Part shown: piece after piece, positions 14,299 through 25,819 of the stretch
Layout of the letters: every line of letters begins with the position of its first letter
Position numbering within the stretch: the stretch's first letter is position 1
Source of the DNA: Macrostomum lignano
Taxonomy: Eukaryota
Direction: 5' to 3'
DNA length: 64,000 bases
NCBI GenBank assembly: GCA_002269645.1
Contig: NIVC01000372.1
Span: 48,733 to 112,732, forward strand
Position numbers and translations under genes: made by a program
The notes under the pieces: generated by a model
Database searches by the model: none
What the model was told of the DNA's origin: nothing
Seen by the model: the letters and a program-made list of their open reading frames with translations, nothing else

Positions 14299-15642
14299 AG
14301 TTTGCATAACTGTTTTAGCTATACATGACTTCATATATTTTAGCTACACCAGTGAGCTCTTTTCTGACTCTTTTTTCATTTGTAGCATATCCAGTTATAG
14401 TTAATTCAGTTCAATTTAACACGCGGAAAATTAAACCTTACATTTAAACAAAAATGAAAGTACTATCAAATTCAGTGTGACTCAATGATCAAACAGAGCA
14501 CAAATTAAGTGACTGTTTTTTTTAATTGTGTGGTAAAATGATCCCAAAATAATAAAATTACGAAATTATACATCAGCTTGGTTGCAAATTCTGGGTGATT
14601 TAAATTTTAAACGCTTATTAAAGTACACGTGTACAAAGGACCAAGCTGCGTGTACACTGTAGACAAAGTCGAGGAAAAAAGGCAAAAATCTTAGGGACAA
14701 AACATTTAGGGCATTCAGAAGTGCCAATATAGTTTTAATGTTGCCATATGTAGACAGTGAATTAAGTCAGATAATCACGATTATTCCTATTATTGATGAC
14801 GTTGCAATCCAAACCAAAAGAAGGACAAACCATATCCTGGAATTGCATGAATATGCCCGCACCAAAATATAGGAATTACGAAACATGTACATAATAGAAA
14901 CTAATTCATAACAGCAGTCTTTTCATAATATTTCATAATAGCAATTCATAATAGCAGTATCTATGTAGAAGGGACTATGCATAAAGTACATGTACATGCA
15001 TGCATGCTTGTTACTCTATCCTATATGGAAAATTGTTTATGTATTTGTGACATAAATGAAATTTTCTTGATCTGCAGCTCGTCTCTTCACAGTGTGTTTA
15101 TCCTGCTATGTCGCAGCGTTGGTACGAGTAGTTTGTTATTTAAAGTTATAAATTTGTATAGAAATTCGTCTGATGTTACACAGCTTCATTAGGTATATTT
15201 TTCAATGTAAATACGTGGGAAAAAGTAAATATGTAATAATAATAGCTCGTTTGGTGTCTAAGCAAGCGAACAAATTTAATATAGGTTTACCACAGCATAA
15301 ACACTATGCGATATGATATGAAAGTAAAGTTCTAATAAAGTTAGAAGCAATTTACACAAGTGACGATGGTGAGAGACAGAACGATATGATAAAAATGAAA
15401 AAGTCCCCGTGACAAACATTCCCGGTGGCTCCGTCAGAGCCAATTTTTTTGAAATTCTTTTACCAAAACAGACTTTAGAACAATCAAAATCTCCAGCTTT
15501 ATTTCTAAGCTCAACAAAAAGCTCTGCACGAGGCCCAAGATTGGCATGTTGAGTCATATTTTTCTATAAGATCTTCTAGTTAAGAAGAACAGTCGAGTAG
15601 TACGTGTACCTTATTGAAAGCAGTTCGAGCCCGATGAGGGTG

Positions 15643-18112
15643 TCACAACAAACCCCAGCTGGCCTCGATGAGACGGGCCAGGCGCATGGCATCTGCCATG
15701 ATCTGTTTCTGTCTGTCCGCCGCGTCGCTTGGAGGCAAATTCGACGACTCGTCGACGACCTCCGAATTCGAGAAGTTGGTCTTCTGCAGTTGCGTCTGCG
15801 GCGACCGCGGCCTGGAGAAGCCGTCACCAGCAGCGCCTCTTGACACCACATTCTCTGGGCGTTGCTGACTGACGAAATGCGGCGGCTCAATACGTTTTGG
15901 CGCCTTGCCGGGTCCAACGAAGTCCCGGGTTTTGAAGCGCAACAGCTGGATAGTGGTCTTGCCTGGGACTCGGTCGCCGCTGCCACTGCCGCCGACGCCA
16001 ACGCCAACGCCTTCGCTGCCCTCGCTGCCCTCGCTTCCGTAGATTCGCGCCCCTCCTGTGGTTGATGTCACGCGGGAAGTAGCTGTTGACGTGACAGCAG
16101 CAGCTCCAGCCGCAGTTGTAGCAGTGCCTGAACCAGACGTCCAAGGACGCGGCGTGCCTCCGGTTGAAGGAGTTCGCAGCATCGAACTGAGCTCCGACGT
16201 TCTCTGCAATGTCACGTCCCGCTGGCGACGCTCAGGAGCTGCTGCAGCTGCCGCGGTGGCGGCCTTTGTGACAGCGTCGGACAGTCGACTGGATCGGCGA
16301 CGATGCTGCCTATCCAACGCTGCAAAGGAGACGGTGGCATCAGCGCTATCCGTCGATTCCGGCTCCGACGACTGTGGCATCGGTGTCATGACAACCTCTT
16401 GAGAGCGAGCAGCCGGCGGCGGTGGTGGTGGCGGCGCTGGTGGCGGCGCTGGTGGCGGCTGTGGCGGCGGCGGTGGTGGAGGCTGCCATCGATACGGCAG
16501 CGCTGAGCTGGCTGTTCGAGACGCTAAGACTGCACAAGAATCAAGGGTTTCGAAACTGACAGCCCAATTCTAGACGCGCTCGAATTGCTAACTGAGATTG
16601 CGGACACTAACGCAACGCATACCATGGAAACTGAGGGTCTATTATAAACGTTTTTCATCCCATATAATTCACTATAGATATATCTTTCGACTACCACTCA
16701 ATTAATTTTCCTCAGACCTTCCTGGACAATCCTGGAGACATTAAAATGTATTTTATTTGCGAATTAAGCTATTGAACGGTGCGCACGTGCATAATAGCTA
16801 GTTGATCCAGAAGACGTATAGCTCATATTTACTCACAACTGGCATCAGCTGGCTCTTCTCTTCGGCTTGAAGTAGCCAGTTGTCTGCAATTGGGAAATGA
16901 AAAAATATCGTTGTTGAATGTAGCACTGAAAGGCCGACCCTTCTCAATTACGAGCCATAGCGTGTTCCTCAAATGATAAAATTTGCGAACGACCTGGCTT
17001 TACGGTTCCGGATAAAACTATGGTTCATGACTGATGTTTTGTAAAAGCAAAACTGAAAAGTTATCCACTGATTTCTCTATGATTTTGACTCTTCAAATGT
17101 TCATGAAGTGTTTAAATGCAATTGACAATTGCTACGGCTATGTTTTTGAGCCAAGGAGCTCCTGCATCTCACGCATTTCTCACCCAGGAGTTCGCAGCGC
17201 ATCCGAAGCGGGAATCGACATGCCGCCTCCGACTCCGCTTCCAGCCGCGCCAACACTCGTGACATCGCCAGCTACTTGACTACCGGAGCTTCTAGCACGT
17301 CTTTCGTCGCCACTATTCGCGCCTCCGCCAGCCCCCGCCGATGCGCCGGCGCGGTGCCCGGCGGCCTCTTCAATATAGATTGCAGCCAGCCTAGAGTTGA
17401 ATGATACCAGAATTTTACTGGCGCCATCGATGCGCGGTAAATGCTGACTTGCCGATGCCCAGTCGGCTGTTGACGGTCCGGCGGGCAGCTGGTCTGGCGG
17501 CTCCCGGGTGCGGGTGAACTGCCGGTCCCACTGGCACACCGGACAATCAGCGTCCGAGATGGACACCTCGGCCAGCGGCTGTTCGGTCAGGCTGTACAAG
17601 TCGCACTCCCACTGCCGATTGTACAGAGCTTTCAAGTCGGATTGACAAGTGGATTGATAGCTCTGGTGGCAGTTTGGTTGTTGTTGTTGTTGTTGTTGTT
17701 GGCAGTTTGGCTGCTGGTAGATTAGTTCTTGACAGCTTTGCTGGCAGTTGGATTGTTGCCAGGTGTCCAGGTAGGAAAACTGATACTGAGGGTAGGCTAG
17801 CGGGTCACCGAGCTGGGCCGATCCAAGTTCGGTCGGCGGTCTCGTAGAGAACTCTTCCTGATACTGATAGATAGAGTCAGGCTGATAAATTGACTCTGGC
17901 TGATACGGCTGCTGCTGTTGCTGATGCCACAGGCCGCTGGCAGATTCCTGCATAGTTTGGGAAAGCCAGCCGCCCGATCCGGACTGCATGATGTCTGCCT
18001 GATATGATTCTGAGCGGCGCGATGGGGAGAGGTCAATACCGCCGCTCTGATCTCTAATGGCGATTCTGTTTGAGTGCAAAGCATAAGATGGAGCCGAAGC
18101 GACCACGACCAT
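15643..18112 (-). CDS. Unknown Gln-rich/Pro-rich multi-exon protein (exon structure uncertain)
   Basis: GC-rich open frames 18112-~17184 (Q-rich, DCPVC) and 16529-15643 (poly-Pro, ends ...RQKQIMADAMRLARLIEASWGLL); donor GG|GTGAGA at 17184 and acceptor GTGCAG| at 16529. No family recognised. Confidence 0.6.
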
Positions 18113-18187
18113 AGACACCAAACCAGTGATAGCAACGCTCTTTATAAGACGTTCTGTTTTTACGATATGGTTCCTTATTTCATCGAC

Positions 18188-18395
18188 GTATATACATCAA
18201 ATTGTGTCCTGGATCTCGCGTCTCTATACATTAAATTGTGTCCTGAATCTCGCGTCTCTACATCAAATTGTGTCCTGAATCTCGCGTCTCAACAAAAAAT
18301 TGTGTCCTGAATCTCCCAGTCTCTACATCAAATTGTGTCCTGAATCTCCCGTCTCTACATCTAGTTGTGTCCTGAATCTCACTCTCTATCTCAAA
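18188..18395. repeat. ~33-bp minisatellite (aaattgtgtcctgaatctcgcgtctctacatc family)
   Basis: About 6 degenerate units. Confidence 0.9.
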
Positions 18396-18703
18396 GCTGT
18401 CGTAAATCTCCTCCTTCTTAAATCTCCTTCTAAAGGATGCAACTAGAGATCTCCTATCTCTAAAGTTGCATCCTTTGTTGTGCCAAAATCTCAATTCCCG
18501 ACACAAATTATGTCCAAAATCTCACTGTCTGTTGCCCTAAAGTCTCTCTCAGGTAAACAAAATAAACCAGTTGGATTGGCCACATGCATGCTGTGGATAC
18601 GCAATTCAATATTAATGTATTTATTAATCATAAACTAATGCACCAGATTTCATACTATATACTACGAGGCAACACAAAATTAGTAAAAAACCGCCATGGA
18701 CAG

Positions 18704-19027
18704 TCAAAGATCCTCCCGCAGGTTAATCAAGTACAGCTCTCCCTTCTCCGCCTTGCTCTTCGCCGTCTCGCAGTGGACAGCCCATTCTAGCTCGTCCCGG
18801 AACCGGGCAGGACAGTGCATCATGGTGCAGGTGTCCAGGCCGCCGCCCTCCTCTGTGCACTGGCACGAGTTACAGCCGTCGGGCGAGAACTGGAAGCCAG
18901 CGTGCTTGGCGTCCTGGCAGAATTCTCTTGCGTCGAAGCACGGGCCGTTGAAGTCTTCCGCTGACAGCAGAGTTGCCGTGAGAACCAACGACTGAAGCAC
19001 AATGAGCAGACTACTCATCTTCGACAT
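18704..19027 (-). CDS. Small secreted Cys-rich protein with pacifastin-like inhibitor motif
   Basis: Signal peptide MSKMSSLLIVLQSLVLTATLLSA; C-x14-CNSCQC-TEEGGGLDT-CTMMHC fits the pacifastin pattern C-xn-CNxCxC-x-G-x-CTxxxC with slightly long spacers. Confidence 0.7.
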   Translation of the reverse strand: MSKMSSLLIVLQSLVLTATLLSAEDFNGPCFDAREFCQDAKHAGFQFSPDGCNSCQCTEEGGGLDTCTMMHCPARFRDELEWAVHCETAKSKAEKGELYLINLREDL

Positions 19028-19474
19028 TTTTTCATTTGAAAACAGAATAAAGTTGAAGACTAGAATTTCAGTTATCATCGCGGCCTGTAAAGCAAAATTT
19101 AAGTAATCTACAGCTCAACGACGGTCGTGCCTTATCAACCAAAGCCAATTGGTTCATTTATTCTGGCTGAAAAAGTGACTGTATAAGCAAACGCTATAGC
19201 ATTGACTCACTCAGCAATTGTGGCAATACGAGTACGAAATTTAATAAACGACTCTAGAGGGAGAGAGAGGAACAGCTTGGTAAATTCGCACTGATGTTTT
19301 ACATTGGATTGACCGGCTCTTGGAGTATTTTTGTCCCAGCTACGAGTATTTAAACTTGAATGCAAGCATAAAACTGCTATTCAGGGGACTAAAATGTGTA
19401 ACACTGTGAAACTACATGCATATTTGAAGTCCAAATTTCATTTGAATTTAACTGTCGATCTTAAACGGTGTCCA

Positions 19475-19755
19475 GAATCTCACTCTCTACACATAGTTGT
19501 GTCCTGAATCTCACTCTCTACACATAGTTGTGTCCTGAATCTCACTCTCTACACATAGTTGTGTCCTGAATCTCACTCTCTACACATAGTTGTGTCCTGA
19601 ATCTCACTCTCTACATGTACATCAAAAGTGCCCTGAATCTCACTCTCTACATGTACATCAAAAGTGCCCTGAATCTCACTCTCTACATGTACATCAAAAG
19701 TGTCCTGAATCTCACTCTCTACATGTACATCAAAAGTGTCCTGAAGCTCACTTCT
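19475..19755. repeat. 31/36-bp minisatellite (gtgtcctgaatctcactctctaca family)
   Basis: Same core as 18188-18395, same orientation. Confidence 0.9.
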
Positions 19756-20126
19756 ACCTCTAGGTTGTATTGATAATAATAGCAAGGATGCGAACTCCCA
19801 ATGTAGTTTGCAAAAATTATTTCATTTAAAAAATTGCTTCAATTTAATTAATTTATTGCCCCCATCTGCAATTAGCCACAGCAACAGCATTAGCGTGACA
19901 AAGCTCGACACAAAATTTCATAGATGCCTATTTGCCAACGCCAAATAATTGAGAATTGAAAATTTTGTCCGTTGCTAGGGGGGCAGAGAGAAGACAACCT
20001 TGTCCCGATCGAAGACTGTTGGCATTTAGAAAATAAAAGCCTACAATCCGGCAGCAGCCGCACCATCTCTCATTGCGATAAATGCGACTGCAGAGTTTTC
20101 CAAGGCATTCAACACAAAACACAGTG

Positions 20127-22961
20127 ATGCTGTCTGACATCCTGCTGTGTGCGGTTGCTTTTCAACTTGTCGGTGAGTCGAAGCGATAACTCATGTATGT
20201 CTGGAGTAGCACCAGGGTTCCTGTGCCAAGTTGAGGCTTCAGGCTTCTTGATCCAAGATTGGCCATGGGCTTATTATGTAATTCAGGCCCAGGATCAGAG
20301 GGCCGAACCTCAGGGCACAGCGTGTAGATTCGTAATGACGAGAAAGTCAGGGCCGCTGTACACCCAGTCTGCGTACTCAACCGAGTGTGTGCTCAGGGGT
20401 CAGTGGGATAGGCATGACCTGCCTGTCTCCTTGCTGCCGACTTTCGCCTTGACTTGCGTTGAGAAAAAAACTGGCAAGAAAGTTGGGGCACCCTGACGCA
20501 ACGCCTTCGGCGACATCCGTCCCACAACCAACGCTGAGGCAATTCTGCCCATTCCGCTGACTCCTGAGCACATGCAAGCGCGCCAATACTGTACACACGC
20601 TCACACAGGGTGTACAGCGGCCCTGACTCTCTAATCGTTAGGCATGTGCACTCTCTGTGCCTTGTGGGTTGGCCCTCATGGGTATGAGCCGAATGAATGT
20701 GGCCGCCCACGGAATCGAACCAGGGATCGTGGCGGGAGAGTCCGGTGCCTTTACCGTCGTTTATAGAACTACAATAAATAAAACACTTCTAATACCCATC
20801 AGCAGGTGCGACTGCGGCCCCACATGCAATCGGACGGCGGTACTCGGTGTGCACGGAGTTCGAGATCGAACTGCTTAATCTGACCATTAGCAAAAACGAT
20901 TCCAGGATCGTCTCGATGACTTTCAGCCTGCAGTTGGAGTGCCTGGCCGGCTGCGAGAAGGCGGACTGCACCGCGGTGGTCTTCGAGGCAGAGAGCGTGT
21001 GCCACGCCGTCTTGTTGCTACCAGCTGCCAGTCCGTACAACTCATCCGGCCAACAAGCCGTGGCCATCCTGTCCAAGGCCGGTAGGATTGCGTGGAGGCC
21101 GCTCGACTGGGGCGTGTGGATTTCGCCTTTGCACTTCGAAAGTGAGCGTTTTTAACTAGAATGTTTTTCTACAATGTTTTTTTCATCTAATGGCCAGATG
21201 TGCAGCCGACAGCTCAGCCGCAGCTATTTCGCGGTTCATCTGAAGGCTGCGTACGGCTGTTCAGCCCCATGACTGGGGGTCGCCACTCACACCCTCAATT
21301 ACCCCAGCTAATGCTGGCACCCATTTTACAGCAGGGTGAACTGAAGCACTGCAGATCAGTTAAGTGTCTTGCTCGAGGACACAAATTGTTCTAGTGGGAT
21401 CGGGAATCGAACCCCCGACCTTCAAGTCATGAGTCCGACGCTCTGACCACTAGGCAAGAACAATATACCCCTCACAACAGAGTGAGAAAGATGGAGCCCA
21501 TGACGACAAAATTTGTCTCCTGTCATCAATTTTCAAGTATCTTCGCAAAAAATTCTATTGTCGACTTTAGATGAGCTTCTTGGGTGAAATCTAGAGGGAA
21601 TTTGTTAGTTTTTATGTTACTTCGTTACCTTTTTTCTTATGAACGCTGCAGCAGAAAGTATGCGGATACTTCAAGTTGAAACCTCGAACAATGCCTTGCA
21701 GACAGCAGCGCCGGCAGGAACGGCTCACTTCAGCACGCTTGGATAGAGATGACCGGCTGCTACCTGATCGAGGCTGCCGGTGCCAGGGGCGGCCGAATCA
21801 CCGGATCGGGCACTCTGGGCGGCAAGGGTGCCCACGTGAGCGCCAGAGTGAACCTGACAGTTGGCACTCAGCTGACTATCGTTGTTGGTCAGATGGGCGG
21901 CTCCGGTAGGCAGCAATTCGAAGGCGGCGGCGGTGGCGGCGCCAGCTTCGTGTACCGGAGCTCCGACCAGATGCTGCTGCTGGCTGCCGGAGGAGGCGGA
22001 GGTTCTACGTTTAATAGCCAAGGTATGATAAAAATTGCGGTACGCCTAACTGTTTTATGTCTACTACAGAAATACAGAATTTCTCAAATTTACATGTAGG
22101 TGTACTTTTAATTTCACAGATCCCAAGCCTCAATGACCTACTCAATGCACTCTCAAATCCTTCAATTTCGCTGCGAAATGCACCGGCGAGATGGAAAGTT
22201 TCCAGTTTTTCAGCACTGAATTCTCAATTTCTCACCTTCTGGACTTTCCAATCGCAAATTCAGCCAGCAGGTGTTTTGCCCTCAGAAGTTTATCAAGCTG
22301 TTTTTTCATGAACTGCTGCCGGAGATCGACAAATTCCAGCTGCTCCTGTCTCTGCAGTGTTTTTTTCACTAAACGGATTTGTCTATGGCGAATCCCCATT
22401 CAGCGCTGTGCAAAATGGCAAATCCTGCTACATGCTAAATGAAAGCCACCAAAATGTTTTTGATTAGGACGTCCCGGCGAACTCGGAGCAAACGGCTCAG
22501 ACAGTAGAGGCTTCAACATAGACCCAAGCATCTATGGATTCGGGGGCGCTAACGGCCAGCCCGGATTCAACAATCCAACATACAGTCCACTGGGATCAAA
22601 CCACGGCGGCTGCGGCGCCGGCTGGCTGGGCAAGGCGGTCAACCCCAGACGGAGCTCCTTGGATGGCGAGGGAGGCGGCGGCCTGGACGACGGCTGGGTC
22701 GGCGGCAGCGCCGGAAACGATAGCGTCGGCGATGGCGGCTTCGGCGGCGGCGGCGGGGCCGGCTGCTTGACCGAGACCGCCAAAGGCGCGCCTGGCGCTG
22801 GCGGCGGATTCAGCGGCGGCGGAGCCGGCCTCGGCTACGGTCAGGTCGGCGGCGGCGGCGGCTCCTTCTGCCTGGGCGGCTGCGCCTCCGGCCTGCTGTG
22901 GACTGGCGATCACGGCTTCGTGTCCATCCGATTGGATGGCGCTGCCGCCACCTGCACCTGA
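20127..22961 (+). CDS. Secreted protein: signal peptide + PAN/apple-like domain + ALK/LTK-type glycine-rich domain; exons 20127-20172, 20806-21141, 21702-22022, 22468-22961
   Basis: All three introns are GT-AG phase 1 and keep frame: MLSDILLCAVAFQLVGATA / ..LECLAGCEKADCTAVVFEAESVCH.. / ..GCYLIEAAGARGG..LTIVVGQMG..GGGGGASFVY..LLLAAGGGGG / ..GGCGAGW..GGFGGGGG..GGGGGFSGG..GGGGGSF..GDHGFVSI. Confidence 0.85.
20180..20440 (+). mobile_element. SINE-like family 2 copy (degenerate)
   Basis: Shares gaaagtcagggccgctgtacaccc and gtgctcagg-gtcag-gg-a-ggca--a--tgcc with the copies at 20465-20770, 28545-28765 and 60850-61055. Confidence 0.55.
20465..20770 (-). mobile_element. tRNA-derived SINE family 2 copy
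   Basis: Minus strand has B box GGTTCGATTCC (plus 20711-20701), the shared core aaggcacagagagtgcacatgcc...gctgtacaccc, and ends near a T run. Confidence 0.65.
21176..21460 (-). mobile_element. tRNA-derived SINE family 1 with CORE-like central domain (full-length copy)
   Basis: A box CCTAGTGGTCAGAG, B box GGTTCGATTCC, central tgtgtcctcgagcaagacacttaac...ctgtaaaatggg similar to the CORE-SINE consensus, A-rich tail; related copies at 43965-44285 and 52845-52965. Confidence 0.8.
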
Positions 22962-23340
22962 GCGACGCACCGCCTCGGCAAACCGAGCGAAAATGGACAA
23001 ACCAAACGGAAAAACGCTAAGAAACACGCGATCCCAATGCTGACTCTAAAAATAACAAAGAAACTTGAACTCACTAACAGCAAACTGAAGAAATTCCTCT
23101 GCAAATCTACCACCGATGTGTGTTTACGTTTTGGTCCAACTGTTCAAACTGAAGAAAAGTCGAGACAAATGAAAAGCAAACTTTAGCAACTGAATGTAGA
23201 TTTCTTTTTAAATGCTTTATCATAAGAAAAACAAATTGTATCAAACTGAAAACTCAAGCAGTCAAATAAATTTATCTCAAATAATAATCCTGAGACTTGC
23301 AAGCTCCGCTATTTTCAACTCTCGGTCAAGTGGTCGCTGG

Positions 23341-24156
23341 TCACAGGCTCATCGTGCACTGCAGGAAATCGTCGTACGTGAACTGGCAGGTGCCGGTTTC
23401 ACTGCCATTGTGCTGGTACTGATCGCGGGCCCGGAAGGACTCTGTGTAGGCGCGCAGACGCACCGACAGGTTTACGAAGTCGTCGAATGCTAGCAAGCAG
23501 CGACCGTCGTTCATGGCTCTCGAGTAGCGTTTGAGCAGCACCGTCATCGCCTGCGGCGACAACATGTAGTGAAAATGATTAGTGATGATATTGTGCAGCT
23601 CGTGAGCTTCAATATAGCCGCTACGGTTGCGATCGAAGTCCTGGAAGGTGCGGTGCCAGTAGACCAGACAGGTGAGCAGTTCGCTGAACTCGTCATACTG
23701 CATGATGCCGTCGCGCGATCTGTCCATCATGGCCAGCATGACCCTGCACAGCTCCAGGGACCAGGTGATCCGGTAGTAGTTGCGGATGCTGGGGTGCTCG
23801 TTGAGGATGCGGCACAGCTCGTGAGCCTGGATGCCGCCCAGTGACGGTGACGAGTAGTGATGGAACATGCTCATGAATTCGTTCTCGCTTCTAAACTGGA
23901 AACTCTGTGCTCACAGTAAGAAATATGGAAGGAAGAGTTGGATTGCTGTTTAAACGGTGCAACAATAGCAACTATGAGCTTCCAGATACGCTCGATTGCA
24001 GCTGCTCACCTGCCATGGGTTTATGCGACTGTAGACATTCTGCACCATGTGCTGTCCGTAGCTTCCATAGTACTGGCTATTCTGGTAGGAACCCATTCTC
24101 TGCTTGTAGGAGCCGTGAGCCTGGCTTGCCAGCGCGTGGAAAAGGAACTTCTTCAT
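23341..24156 (-). CDS. Penta-EF-hand protein (sorcin/grancalcin/peflin-like), paralog A; exons 24156-24010, 23904-23341
   Basis: Gly/Gln/Tyr-rich N-terminus, EF motifs DRSRDGIMQYDEF and DFDRNRSGYIEAHEL, LAFDDFVNL, FTYDDFLQCTMSL; phase-0 105-bp intron. Confidence 0.92.
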
Positions 24157-24740
24157 GATTTCGGTAACTTCTGGAAGGGTAGTTTTTCAATATTATAAAA
24201 ATGCGATGAGAGGGTTTAAGCTACGAATTCATATATGGAATGCTTCAATTTTATATTGCTATAATCTCGCAAGCAGAGCCTCTATCGTCTAGATCAGTTC
24301 AAAAAGCTTACCTATTCTTAGAATGACACGCGTCCTCAGGAGCAGCGGCTGTGAAACTTTTGTATCAATTTCTGAACATTTTTAAACGTCAAAATTCGAT
24401 AAACCTTTAAAGAATCGCCAAAGGAAACATAGGTTTGCCATAGACAGAGAGTTCTCTGAATTTCCTGGTGTTGTGTCCAATCGACAGATACTACTCGTAA
24501 ATACACTAGTTGTTTCACTCAACTACGAGTTTATATTTAGCAAAACTACTCTGTTCGGTAGTAGCGTAAAAAGCAACATTTATTTAGTCCATTAGCTTCA
24601 CTAGTGTATTCTGATCCACAGCCAAGCTTGGCCCACAGATAATAAAACACTAGATATTTCACGCTGCATTGAGTTAAGCCATTTTTTGTGTTATAGTCTA
24701 TGGCTCAACAAAGTGTCTACTCTTTGGGTGAGCGTCAAGG

Positions 24741-24812
24741 GGGGCCGTAGCCCAGCGGTAGCGCAGCTGCTCTGGTGTGCCAGCGACCCAGGCTCGATTC
24801 CAAGTGCAGTCA
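24741..24812 (+). other. tRNA-like pseudogene or SINE head
   Basis: A box TAGCCCAGCGGT and B-box variant GGCTCGATTCC, but acceptor and T stems do not pair properly. Confidence 0.5.
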
Positions 24813-25077
24813 CATTTGACAATCAATTTTACAAATATGATTAATAATAATATCTATTTTGTCATGTCAAAAATAAAGCAAATATACGCGTGTGCCATTG
24901 GACAGAGAGTAGCAAGATATCAGCACCCATTTCAGTTTTGGCATTGAAGCCTCCATTTAAGCCAGGGCTTATCCCGAACTCTTACTCTCTCTTTGATGCT
25001 TGGCTCACCAACAACTCCCAATTTACCTTTGGAATTTCAGCAACAACCATGAGACACAGCATTTCAGCGATTCAGCA

Positions 25078-25352
25078 GTTGTTACAGCACCGACTTTGGC
25101 GTTGTTATTACAGCACCGACTCTATGGTTGTTACAGCACCGACTCTATGGCTGTTACAGCACCGACTCTATGGTTGTTACAGCACCGACTCTATGGCTGT
25201 TACAGCACCGACTCTATGGTTGTTACAGCACCGACTCTATGGTTGTTACAGCACCGACTCTATGGTTGTTACAGCACCGACTCTATGGTTGTTACAGCAC
25301 CGACTCTACAATGGTTGTTACAGCACTGCCTCCAGAGTTGTTACAGCACCGA
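25078..25352. repeat. 23-bp minisatellite between the two penta-EF-hand genes
   Basis: Unit gttacagcaccgactctatggtt, ~11 copies. Confidence 0.95.
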
Positions 25353-25819
25353 CTCCAGGGTTTTTTGAGGTAACAAAAGCAAACAAAAGCATAAGAGCAC
25401 AAGCCTAAATGAGATTGAGAAGCTAACATCAAAGTAAGCAAGGATTCTAAGATGATGCAAAAATTTAGTGGGCACCCATAAGTCAAAATGGACTGTTTAA
25501 CAACTTGCTAATTTACTGAAACTTATCGAAAACTAAAAATATAACAGCCTTTTTCATTGCCTTCTTGATATATTTCAATAAACAGGGTGCAAACCTGGTG
25601 CTGATGCGTTGTACAAGATAGCCAGGCCTCGCTCACAACTTAAAAAAGCTGTTATCATTGAAAGCTACTTAACCAGAGCAACGAACTCTACAAATAAGTA
25701 GCTCTTAGAATTCAAAGTAAGTTTGCTATTGCAAACCATGAGTCACATAGATCCTATCTCGTACGTAAAAGATAGACGTGTCAACAATTCTTAGAAACTG
25801 TTAGTAGGCAGAACCAATT

